A program made the translations under genes and the position numbers. The notes below the pieces were generated by a model that saw only the letters and a list, made by a program, of their open reading frames with translations, was not told the DNA's origin and searched no databases. A stretch of DNA of 64,000 bases from the IMG/VR virus record IMGVR_UViG_3300035208_007487. The stretch is one strand, 5' to 3'. Source of the stretch: a virus. Lineage: Duplodnaviria > Caudoviricetes. Positions 17,867 through 27,234 of the stretch are shown piece after piece. Each line of letters starts with the position of its first letter. Position 1 is the first letter of the stretch.

Positions 17867-18748
17867 ATGAACGACGAATTAGACATTAATGAAAGTTTAA
17901 ATGAAGAAGATAATGTAATTGAGGATATCTTATCAGAGATAGATTTAATATGCCCTAAGCGAAAAGCCCCCAAAATAGCTAAAAAAGTTAAACGTGAATA
18001 TGTAAATCCAGTTGAATTACGTGAAGAAATATTGAAGCATATCTTTAATAAAAAGATAAATGAAGATTATGTTATGGATAAGAAATTAGCTGTAATGTGC
18101 ATGAAAATTATTGATGAATTATTTGAAAAAGGGAATTTTAGAGGGTATCATAGTGGTTGGAAATATGAAATGAAATCCAAGGCATATGAGAACTTAATTA
18201 GATACATACATCAATATGATAGTGAATTCGTAGAAAAACCTGACTTTTTTATTAATTGGATTTATAGAGTACACACTCAATTTATTATTGATTTTTTTGT
18301 ATCTAAAGATTTAAGTTTTGATGCATTTAAGGATACATTAATTGATGTTAAAAAAAGATTCATAAAAAAAGCTAAAGATCCTAACAAAATAATCAAAGAT
18401 ACCTATAAAAAAGTTACTGCATCTGATTTTTCAGCATTTTTATCATCTAAAGGATTGGATTATGATGTAGATAAATTTAAATCATATCTATTTGAAATGC
18501 ATCCAGATTTACAAGAACAGTTTGAAGAATATAAATTAAGAAACGCTTTTAATTATGTTACTATGATGGTTTATAGATCAGCTCAACATGTAATTAAAAA
18601 TGAAAAAAAGAATAAAGAAGATAATCAAAGACTAGATGAAGCTATATTATATAGAACAGATGATTTTGATGAAGATGCAATTGAACAAGATAATAGATAT
18701 ATAACTTTTGATGAGAATAAATTAGATTATGGTGGATTTGAAATCTAA
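17867..18748 (+). CDS. Late-transcription sigma factor, gp55-like, with a ~100-aa insertion
   Basis: YVNPVEL..NFRGY..EMKSKAYENLIRYIHQYD and NAFNYVTMMVYRS..IKNEKK match gp55 blocks; near gp46/gp47. Confidence 0.8.
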   Translation: MNDELDINESLNEEDNVIEDILSEIDLICPKRKAPKIAKKVKREYVNPVELREEILKHIFNKKINEDYVMDKKLAVMCMKIIDELFEKGNFRGYHSGWKYEMKSKAYENLIRYIHQYDSEFVEKPDFFINWIYRVHTQFIIDFFVSKDLSFDAFKDTLIDVKKRFIKKAKDPNKIIKDTYKKVTASDFSAFLSSKGLDYDVDKFKSYLFEMHPDLQEQFEEYKLRNAFNYVTMMVYRSAQHVIKNEKKNKEDNQRLDEAILYRTDDFDEDAIEQDNRYITFDENKLDYGGFEI

Positions 18749-19400
18749 TAGTATTGTATATATTAATTTAGATAATGTTATGCTAAATTTTTATAAGTCA
18801 TTTAGAGTAAAGCATTATTTTCAAATACTCATAATGAAAAAGCATCCATTAGATTTTAACATATATACATACTACAATAAGCCTAACATTAAAAAAATAG
18901 TAGATGAACTTGTTTTAGATAATGGTATTGATTTTTGGATTAATTTACCAAAGACTTCAGTGTGTAAATTTTATTGGCATAGATTATCTGAATATACTAA
19001 TAGAATTTATTTCTTAACTAATTATAGAACAGAATCCGAGCAAAAAGGTAAAATAATTTGGGTTAATACTAATCTTAAAATGTATGATAACAATAAGATT
19101 ATATTTACCAATAATATTCCAAAATATGCTAAATCAAAATTATTTAATAATATTTTAATTGATAGTAATAGTAAAATGATTGATAGTTGGAATAATGCAG
19201 GTGGTATTGGGTTATTAGATTTAAATAAAAGAGCGGTTGCTAGTTATTATATAGATAAATCAATAGTTCCTCATTTAGAATTATACAAGGGAGTTAGTTT
19301 ATTGGCGGATATCCCTCAATCAGCTAGAAGATTGCATAGAATTAGTAAATATAACGAAGATATTAGGTCAGTGTCTCTAGATGATTGTAATATGATTTAA
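18729..19400 (+). CDS. HAD-family 5'(3')-deoxyribonucleotidase-like protein, degenerate
   Basis: IVYINLDNV (motif I, D replaced by N), FWINLP, ILIDS..WNNAGGIG. Confidence 0.7.
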   Translation: MVDLKSNSIVYINLDNVMLNFYKSFRVKHYFQILIMKKHPLDFNIYTYYNKPNIKKIVDELVLDNGIDFWINLPKTSVCKFYWHRLSEYTNRIYFLTNYRTESEQKGKIIWVNTNLKMYDNNKIIFTNNIPKYAKSKLFNNILIDSNSKMIDSWNNAGGIGLLDLNKRAVASYYIDKSIVPHLELYKGVSLLADIPQSARRLHRISKYNEDIRSVSLDDCNMI

Positions 19401-19416
19401 TTGTTAAAATTAAACT

Positions 19417-20496
19417 ATGGGAAATAAAATAGCCATAGTTGGCGATCCTCATATTGGGAAAAAATCAATTGAACAAGTTAAAAAAGATAAATTATTATTT
19501 TCTCAAGAAATCTTTTTTAATAATTTTTATAATTTCTGCATTGAAAATGATATAAATGAAATAATTTGGACAGGCGACATTTTTGACACTAATCAAGCAA
19601 TTGATTCATTTATATTACAATATGTAGTTGAATTATTTAAAATAAAATTTGGTGAGATGAGACATTATGTTATATTAGGAAATCATTGCCTTTATAACAA
19701 AGACAGCTTAAAAGTATCAGCATTATCTTGTATAGAGCATTTGCCAAATGTTAATGTATATAGAAAACCTACTAAAGTTAATCTATTAGGACATAATTTC
19801 TTATTTGTACCATATTTAGTTAGTTCAATTTATTCAAAGTTTGCAGATAATATTAAAAAACTTGGTTCACTTAATGAAATAATAGTAGGTCATTTTAATA
19901 TTATAGGGGCAAAAATGGAAAACGGCTTTCCTAGTCAATTTGGACTTAATATGAATGACCTATTAAATAATGTTAAATTAGTTATTAGCGGGCATTATCA
20001 TAATGTATCTCAATATATTAGAGGGCCGAATAAAATACAATATGTAGGTAGTCCATATCAATTAACTTTTGGGGATAGTAGACAAAATAGAGGTCATTGG
20101 ACTTTAGATGATAATCTTAATTTAGAATTTTTTGAAAATAAATCTAGTTATACTTTTTTAAAGATACAATCTGAGGAAATAGATAATTATAGTAATCTAA
20201 GTGATTCTTTTGTAATATGTGAATATCCTGCTTCTATATCAGAAGAGGATTTATTTACTTTGAATAAAAAAATAGAAAAACTTAATCCTATCTCGTACAA
20301 AGCTGAACCTAGAAATTTAGAGAATATTGAAGAATTAGCTTCTGAAAATGATGATAAAACAATTAGTGAAATGAGCGATGCCATAAACGTAGGTGATATT
20401 GTAAAAGTTTGCGAAGTATATATGAATGTTGAGCCTCCACCTGATAAAGCGGCGGTTATTAAAATAATTAATGATATAAAAGATAAAATAAAATAA
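19417..20496 (+). CDS. Recombination nuclease gp47 (Mre11/SbcD-like)
   Basis: GDPHIG, GDIFD, GNH, GHF, SGHYH, YVGSPYQLTFGD. Confidence 0.92.
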   Translation: MGNKIAIVGDPHIGKKSIEQVKKDKLLFSQEIFFNNFYNFCIENDINEIIWTGDIFDTNQAIDSFILQYVVELFKIKFGEMRHYVILGNHCLYNKDSLKVSALSCIEHLPNVNVYRKPTKVNLLGHNFLFVPYLVSSIYSKFADNIKKLGSLNEIIVGHFNIIGAKMENGFPSQFGLNMNDLLNNVKLVISGHYHNVSQYIRGPNKIQYVGSPYQLTFGDSRQNRGHWTLDDNLNLEFFENKSSYTFLKIQSEEIDNYSNLSDSFVICEYPASISEEDLFTLNKKIEKLNPISYKAEPRNLENIEELASENDDKTISEMSDAINVGDIVKVCEVYMNVEPPPDKAAVIKIINDIKDKIK

Positions 20497-20513
20497 TGTT
20501 ATAATTTCTTTAT

Positions 20514-21929
20514 ATGGCTAAGAATAAAAATAAAAAAAGAAAATTCAATGGTGGATATGGGCGAGGTCAGAATCCAATGGCTGAAGTTCTGCGATTGAAT
20601 AATATGTTAGCAAAAATTGATGTAAATAAAAATGTAGATGAGGCTATTAAAAAAGTTAATCAAGTTAATAATAAAATAGTTGAAAACAATACAGTTCAAG
20701 TTGCTAATCAATTATTAGAAAATAGAACTATAATTAAAGATTTTACTGAGGGAGATTATTCTATATCTAGATATGTAGAAAAAGATAAGGTGCAAGTGGT
20801 TGATAAGCCGTTAGTAGTCGGATATTTAAGGGATTATTCGGGGTGCGGTCATTTTAGAATGGTATATCCTATGAATATGATCAATACTAAATTTGCATAT
20901 TCTGGTAAAATTAATTGCACATTATTTCCAGTTACTCTAACTCAAGAAGATATATTGCCGCATGTTAGATCTTTTGTTTTTCAAAGACCTATTGGAGATG
21001 ATCAAACTTTTAAAATAAGAGCTTATAAAAAATTTCAAGAACAATATCAATATAAATTAATAGGCGAATTAGATGATTATGTCTTTGATTTACCTGAGTA
21101 TCATCCAGGTTATGAAAACAATATAATACGAAATGTTAGAAGTTTACTAGTTAATTTAAGATTAATGGATGAAATAATTGTTTCAACTAATAATCTTAAA
21201 AAAGAATTAATTGAGCTAGGTATTGATACAAAAATAACAGTTATTGAAAATACATTACCAAAGTATCTATATCAAACTGATGTTAAAAGATTTAAATTCA
21301 GTGATATTATTAAACCAAAAATAGCTTTTACAGGATCGAATTTCCACTATAACAATAGTAAGCAATTAGATGGTGATTTTAGTGGAGCTATTAAAGAGTT
21401 CATAATTAAAAATGTTGATAATTTTGAATTTGTATTTTTTGGAGATGCCCCTTATTTCCTCAAAAAAGAAGTAAATGAAGGTAAAATAATAATTGTTCCT
21501 TATACTAACACTGTCGAATATTCTACTAATCTTAAGAAATATAGAATAGATTTTGTAATAGCCCCTTTAGTTGAAAATTTATTTAATTCTTGTAAATCTG
21601 ATTTAAGATACTTAGAAGCAAGTGCAATGGGATCAGTGTTTATTGGATATAAATTCTTAAATGGATTAACTAGTCCTTATCAAAACAATAGATTAACTTT
21701 GGATGAAAATTCTACAGTTGAAGATGTTGAAAATATAATTAAGAAATATTCTACTAAAGATTCATTTAATGATGAAATTTCATCACAATATAATGAGTTA
21801 GATGATAGATGGCTAGAAAATACTGCAAACTTGCTAAAGTATATTGAAGTATATTCATCAGGAATAAAAGGTTTAATAATAGAGCAAGATCATCCTCAAT
21901 ATGAGGAATTTAAACCCTTTATACGATAG
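20514..21929 (+). CDS. GT-B fold glycosyltransferase
   Basis: SGCGHFRM, FQRP, ELDD, IVST, APL..NLFNSCKSDLRYLEAS. Confidence 0.82.
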   Translation: MAKNKNKKRKFNGGYGRGQNPMAEVLRLNNMLAKIDVNKNVDEAIKKVNQVNNKIVENNTVQVANQLLENRTIIKDFTEGDYSISRYVEKDKVQVVDKPLVVGYLRDYSGCGHFRMVYPMNMINTKFAYSGKINCTLFPVTLTQEDILPHVRSFVFQRPIGDDQTFKIRAYKKFQEQYQYKLIGELDDYVFDLPEYHPGYENNIIRNVRSLLVNLRLMDEIIVSTNNLKKELIELGIDTKITVIENTLPKYLYQTDVKRFKFSDIIKPKIAFTGSNFHYNNSKQLDGDFSGAIKEFIIKNVDNFEFVFFGDAPYFLKKEVNEGKIIIVPYTNTVEYSTNLKKYRIDFVIAPLVENLFNSCKSDLRYLEASAMGSVFIGYKFLNGLTSPYQNNRLTLDENSTVEDVENIIKKYSTKDSFNDEISSQYNELDDRWLENTANLLKYIEVYSSGIKGLIIEQDHPQYEEFKPFIR

Positions 21930-21943
21930 AATTGTTAAAATTT

Positions 21944-21978
21944 CTTAACAGCCCATAGGATAAATATAGGCTGTTAAG
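21944..21978 (+). promoter_or_regulatory. Hairpin abutting the DNA polymerase SD (candidate translational operator)
   Basis: CTTAACAGCC / GGCTGTTAAG stem running into GGGGGA-TT-ATG. Confidence 0.55.
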
Positions 21979-21985
21979 GGGGATT

Positions 21986-24900
21986 ATGTTTAAGAATATC
22001 TATGTAGATAAGTATAAAAATACTTTTAAAATTTGGAATACTGAAGATAAAGTTATTGAAAGTAAATTTCAATGCCGTTCTTGGGTAGAAAATCCTGGCA
22101 TAGATAGTCCATATAAAACGATATATGGTGTTCCGGTTATGCCGGTATTTAAGAACTATAAAGATGAATATCTAGATAGAACAGACGGCAATCTTAGGCA
22201 TGAAATAGATATTCAGCCTGAAATTAGAATATTAAGTGAATATTATGAGAAAGAAAAAGATTTAGATTTCGATATTAGTGATTTTAATATAATGTCATTT
22301 GATATTGAAACTGAAATTGGTTGCGGATTCCCTGAGCCATCTGAAGCCAAAATGAAAGTGAATCTTATTAGCTGCTATTGCACAAAGCAGCAAAAATATA
22401 TGATTTTTGGATTGCATCCAATAGATGATCAAAGATTTCATAGTTTAATTATTGAAAAAAATAAAATATATCAAGAGCAATTTCCTGATATTAATATTAC
22501 TGATAATTATACATATGTTTGCGCATATGAGGATGAAACTAGACTTTTAAATGATTTTTTTAAGTATGTAGAAAAAGCTCATCCTGACATCTATACAGGT
22601 TGGAACTGTATTGCCAAAAACTCAAGTCTATGGCTGCAAGATAGAATAATTGAAATTAAAGATTCATCATCTGGAGATAATACTTTCATTGATGGCAATA
22701 TTATCAAAACAGCTAATACTGGTTTTAAAAAAGCTTATAAAATAGAAACAGTAAATGGCTATTCAATCACTTCATCAGGTGAACATATATTTCCAATCAA
22801 ATATATTAAGGAAGGAAAATATTGCAATAATGTATCTAAATCTTTATTAAATAAGGACTGTAAAGTATCTGAATTAATTGATTTATCTAAAGAAAATAGA
22901 TTATTTTTAAAAGTAGATATTAGAAATAATACTAATAAAAAATATACATATAGGGATTTGTTAATATATGCACTAATATCTGGTCGAAATAGTAAATTAG
23001 ATATATTAATACCTGAACCTATATATACTAAGAATAGGAAAAAATTAAATGCTAATTATTCGTATAATAAAGCTAAACAATATCCTTTTAAATTTTCAGT
23101 AAATAATTGCAGAAAATTAGTAAATATTAGCGACTCTGAATTAATAGATTCTATTAATTCAATTGATGAAGCTGTGGTATTAATAGATAAAAGTAATGCT
23201 ACTATTAATTTAAATGAAATAATTCCTGATGATATTTTTAAGTTAATGGGATTAATATATACTGATGGTAGCTATTGCAGCAAGCATAAAGAATTTAGTT
23301 TTTATAATACTGATGAGCAGATATTAGATTGGGTGCTCAATTGTTTGCATTCAAATAAATTATCAAACACTAATTCATTAAGTAATGGTCATTTTTGCAA
23401 AAGAATACGTTGCACTAATTCTGCTAAAAATAATTTAATAAAAACATTAATATATAATGAAGACAAAAAAGATATTGATTTAAGTAATTTATCTAGAATA
23501 GCCTATTCTCAATTTTGCGCAATGTTTTCTGGATTAATTGACGGAGATGGATGGATTTCTAAAAAGAATTCAGCTATCGGATTTTGTAATTATAATAATA
23601 ATGACATTAATAAAATAGCTGAATTGCTACAATGGAATGGTGTATTATGCGGAGTTCATAAAAATAAAATACATATATCAAATAAATCTGTTAATACAAA
23701 GTTTATAAATTCTTTATCGTTAGTTGGTAAAAAAAGAGATTTAATAAGTAATATTAATCTAGTTGACAATAAGAATACTAAATCAAAATTATTAGATTAT
23801 ATTTTTTACGAAAATTATTACTATGTTAAGATTGATTCAATAACAGCAGTTGATTCAGTTGAAATGGTTGATATAGAAACTGAATCGCATTATTTTAATA
23901 CCAATTATGGAATTAAAACTCATAATTGTAACGCTTTTGACTTGCCATATTTGGTAAATAGAGCTAAAAATCTAGGAATGTATGAATATTTACTATTATC
24001 TCCAGTAAAAAAAGTATATTTAAGAAAATCCCGTAATGAAGAATATAATACTGAGGAATTGATTCCAGTAATTAGTGGAGTTTCTTGTATTGACTATTTA
24101 ACATTATATAAGCATTTCAATAAAGGTAGCCAAAAAGAAAGTTGGAAACTTGATTTTATTGCTAATGAAGAATTAGATGGATTAGGTAAAGTTAAATTAG
24201 GTGATACTGGATTAAATCTTGCTAAAAAAGATTGGACTGCTTTTTCTTTATATAACTTAGTAGATACGGTATTAATTACACTATTAGAACCTAGACTTCA
24301 AATGATCGAAACTCTTATAGGGACATGTTCAGAGGCTAGAATTCCCCTTGAATTCTTCTTCACTCCTAAAAAAGTGACGTTAGGATTTATGCTAACATAT
24401 ATGCACAGAAAAGGGTTGGTAATTCCATTTACTAAACCTGCGGTAAAAGAAAAATATGAGGGTGCCTATATTAAGATGAATCCAGGACCCTATAGGAATG
24501 TGTCATCATTAGATGCGAAATCAATGTATCCATCTATAATGATATCTTGTAATATTTCACCTGAAACTAAAGTAATATCTGATAAACCAATACCTGGATA
24601 TAGTAGATCAATTATTCCAAATATTTATTACAATAATGAAAAAAGAGGCATTATTCCTGAAATTGTTGCTTATATGGTTGATACTAGAGATGAATATAAA
24701 AAGCAACAAAAAATATATTCAAATCCAGAAAGACCTGAATATAATAAAACAAAGGCATCTTATTTTAAACGTAAACAGAATGCTTATAAAATATTTGCTA
24801 ACTCAATATATGGACTATTGGGTAATAATAACTTCCAATTCTATGATTTGGATAATGCGGCAACCATTACTGGAATAGGTAATAGGTTAATTCAATATGT

Positions 24901-26029
24901 AATTACTTATTTGAACGTATGGATTGACAATAAACTCGGAACCAATAAAGATTACTTTAATGAATTTGGCGAATTTGCAAATGTAAAAATAAAAGGTGAA
25001 TTAAGTGATACCTATATTAATTCAATACAAGATAATGAGCAAAAAGCTGGGCTGGGTAAATACACTAGATTGGCATTAGCGCATACTGATTCATTCTTCT
25101 TTGATTATAGTGATTTATATGAACCTTTTGAAAATAAAACTAGATCATATGAAGAATATGCAGCAATAAAAGAAAGGTTTAGTAATAAAAATAGCCCGTC
25201 ATTCAACATTCCATTAAAAAAATATTTTGAAGATATGCATGATGAACAATTGGAAAAGATGACTTTTACTGAATTCATGCTTAGATTTAATTATTGTATT
25301 TTTCAAAAAATAATAAACAAGATTACTCAAAGATGGTGCGAAACTTACTCTTATAGAGAAGATCGTATGTATTTCAAATTAGAAAAATGTTGTTCAAATG
25401 TTGTGGCATTAAGCAAAGCTCACTATATATGCTATCTGCAATATGATGAAGGTGATTTATTAATCAGACAGCCTTTTAAAAAGAGATTAAAAGCAGTTGG
25501 AGTTGAGATGATTAAGGCTGATACTCCCTCTTGGTCAAAAGCTAAAATTCTAGAAACTCTAGAGTTTACATTTACTAAAAACAATAAGCAAGAAGTTTCC
25601 AAATTTATAGGAATGCTAAAGAAAGAATATAAAGATCCCGCTAATATATCTAAAATATCTAGGCCGGTTTCGATAAATAGTTTAGGTCCAACCAAAGCCA
25701 ATAGTTTTCCAGCTCCTAGATTAGGGGCAATAAAGTGGAATGCAATTTTATCAGAAGATACTAATTTTTCAAATTATGAGCAAATAAGTGAGGGGACAAA
25801 GGTAAAATGGATTGCAGTAAAGTTGCCAAATAAATTCAATATTCAAGCTATTAGCTACAATAGCGATACTTGGCCTGTTGAATTAAATAGATACTTTAGA
25901 ATTGATTATGAAACACAATTTTACAAAACATTTAGACGCCCATTAGAGAAAATTATGGAATGTTATGGATGGGGCAATGTTTTTGATGGAAACGTAGATT
26001 CAATAAGAAGGTTCTTCGCACCAAAATAA
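21986..26029 (+). CDS. Family B DNA polymerase (gp43-like) containing an intein
   Basis: ExoI FDIET, ExoII TGWN/CNAFDLPY, ExoIII YNLVD; motif A DAKSMYPS, motif B KIFANSIYG, motif C HTDS. Confidence 0.95.
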   Translation: MFKNIYVDKYKNTFKIWNTEDKVIESKFQCRSWVENPGIDSPYKTIYGVPVMPVFKNYKDEYLDRTDGNLRHEIDIQPEIRILSEYYEKEKDLDFDISDFNIMSFDIETEIGCGFPEPSEAKMKVNLISCYCTKQQKYMIFGLHPIDDQRFHSLIIEKNKIYQEQFPDINITDNYTYVCAYEDETRLLNDFFKYVEKAHPDIYTGWNCIAKNSSLWLQDRIIEIKDSSSGDNTFIDGNIIKTANTGFKKAYKIETVNGYSITSSGEHIFPIKYIKEGKYCNNVSKSLLNKDCKVSELIDLSKENRLFLKVDIRNNTNKKYTYRDLLIYALISGRNSKLDILIPEPIYTKNRKKLNANYSYNKAKQYPFKFSVNNCRKLVNISDSELIDSINSIDEAVVLIDKSNATINLNEIIPDDIFKLMGLIYTDGSYCSKHKEFSFYNTDEQILDWVLNCLHSNKLSNTNSLSNGHFCKRIRCTNSAKNNLIKTLIYNEDKKDIDLSNLSRIAYSQFCAMFSGLIDGDGWISKKNSAIGFCNYNNNDINKIAELLQWNGVLCGVHKNKIHISNKSVNTKFINSLSLVGKKRDLISNINLVDNKNTKSKLLDYIFYENYYYVKIDSITAVDSVEMVDIETESHYFNTNYGIKTHNCNAFDLPYLVNRAKNLGMYEYLLLSPVKKVYLRKSRNEEYNTEELIPVISGVSCIDYLTLYKHFNKGSQKESWKLDFIANEELDGLGKVKLGDTGLNLAKKDWTAFSLYNLVDTVLITLLEPRLQMIETLIGTCSEARIPLEFFFTPKKVTLGFMLTYMHRKGLVIPFTKPAVKEKYEGAYIKMNPGPYRNVSSLDAKSMYPSIMISCNISPETKVISDKPIPGYSRSIIPNIYYNNEKRGIIPEIVAYMVDTRDEYKKQQKIYSNPERPEYNKTKASYFKRKQNAYKIFANSIYGLLGNNNFQFYDLDNAATITGIGNRLIQYVITYLNVWIDNKLGTNKDYFNEFGEFANVKIKGELSDTYINSIQDNEQKAGLGKYTRLALAHTDSFFFDYSDLYEPFENKTRSYEEYAAIKERFSNKNSPSFNIPLKKYFEDMHDEQLEKMTFTEFMLRFNYCIFQKIINKITQRWCETYSYREDRMYFKLEKCCSNVVALSKAHYICYLQYDEGDLLIRQPFKKRLKAVGVEMIKADTPSWSKAKILETLEFTFTKNNKQEVSKFIGMLKKEYKDPANISKISRPVSINSLGPTKANSFPAPRLGAIKWNAILSEDTNFSNYEQISEGTKVKWIAVKLPNKFNIQAISYNSDTWPVELNRYFRIDYETQFYKTFRRPLEKIMECYGWGNVFDGNVDSIRRFFAPK
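22607..23926 (+). mobile_element. Intein with LAGLIDADG homing endonuclease (440 aa)
   Basis: Starts CIAKNS; block B SSGEHIF; GLIYTDGS and GLIDGDG; ends DIE..KTHN with +1 Cys. Confidence 0.95.
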
Positions 26030-26068
26030 TAAATCATTACTTTGCTCATATTTTGATATAATTAAGAT

Positions 26069-27208
26069 ATGAGTAAACGCTTTGATATGGGAAAAATGAT
26101 AGCTGCTACTGGTAATGAATATGTTACCGCAGCAGGAGATCCAAAAGGTATAACTGATGAATATATTTCAACTGGATCATATGCTTTAAATGCTTTGATC
26201 TGTGGATCAATATTTGGAGGAATACCTAACAACAAATCTGTAATGTTTGCAGGTATTGAATCAGTAGGTAAATCTTTATTTACTGGATTTATTTGTAATT
26301 CTGCAATGAATATGGGTTATAAAGCTTTTTATTTTGAAACTGAAGGTGCAACTGATGAAAATACATTCAAGGGATTCAAAAAAACAAAAGGTGTAGATTA
26401 CGCAATATTACCAATTAAGACTATTGATGACTTGAGATTACAAGCATATCAAATTATTGATATGTATAAAGCATATTACAATAGCTTAAGTGCCGAAGAA
26501 TACCTAAAACGCCAAAAGATATTAATGGTAGTTGATTCAATAGGTATGTTAGGTTCTACTGCAAATATTAAAAATTTAGCTAAAGGCGAGATCAAAAGAG
26601 ATTTAACCAAACAGCAAGCATTAAGGGAATTATTCAGAGATATTACAGTTGATTTAAATATTTTAAAAATACCATTGATACCAGTAAATCATGTATACGA
26701 AACTATAGATCCTTATGGAGAGAAGTTTAAAGTATCAGGTGGTGGAGGTGGAAGATATGGAGCTTCTTCAATTATCACATTAAGTAAGACTAAAGTAAAA
26801 GACTCTACTAAGAAATTTCAGTTAGGTGTTATCATTAAAGCAAAGGCACCGAAGTCCAGATTCATCCAAGAGAATAAAGAAGTTGAAGTTTATTTAGATT
26901 TTAAAAAAGGATTAGATCCTTTCTACGGATTAAATAAATTTTTAGCTGATGAAACTATTCTAGCAAAAACCAAGAATAAAGAAGTTAGTGAATATTATTT
27001 AATCTATAGAGGAAAAAATGAATCTGGCGAATATGATACTGTTAAAGGAAATCCATTCAAAGATAAGCAAATTAGAGATGAAATTTTACCGTTAATTGAT
27101 GAAAAGGTAAAAGAAGATTTCTGTTTTGGTTCATCTGGATTAGGTAATGAAGATGATGAAGATTATTTAGATGACGTTGAAGTGGAAACTACAGAAGAGG
27201 TTGAATAG
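26069..27208 (+). CDS. uvsX: RecA-like recombinase UvsX
   Basis: ISTGSYALNAL, GIESVGKS, FETE, VVDSIG, NHVY, SGGGG. Confidence 0.93.
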   Translation: MSKRFDMGKMIAATGNEYVTAAGDPKGITDEYISTGSYALNALICGSIFGGIPNNKSVMFAGIESVGKSLFTGFICNSAMNMGYKAFYFETEGATDENTFKGFKKTKGVDYAILPIKTIDDLRLQAYQIIDMYKAYYNSLSAEEYLKRQKILMVVDSIGMLGSTANIKNLAKGEIKRDLTKQQALRELFRDITVDLNILKIPLIPVNHVYETIDPYGEKFKVSGGGGGRYGASSIITLSKTKVKDSTKKFQLGVIIKAKAPKSRFIQENKEVEVYLDFKKGLDPFYGLNKFLADETILAKTKNKEVSEYYLIYRGKNESGEYDTVKGNPFKDKQIRDEILPLIDEKVKEDFCFGSSGLGNEDDEDYLDDVEVETTEEVE

Positions 27209-27234
27209 ACAATCTCTTTGTTTAAAGGAGATTC

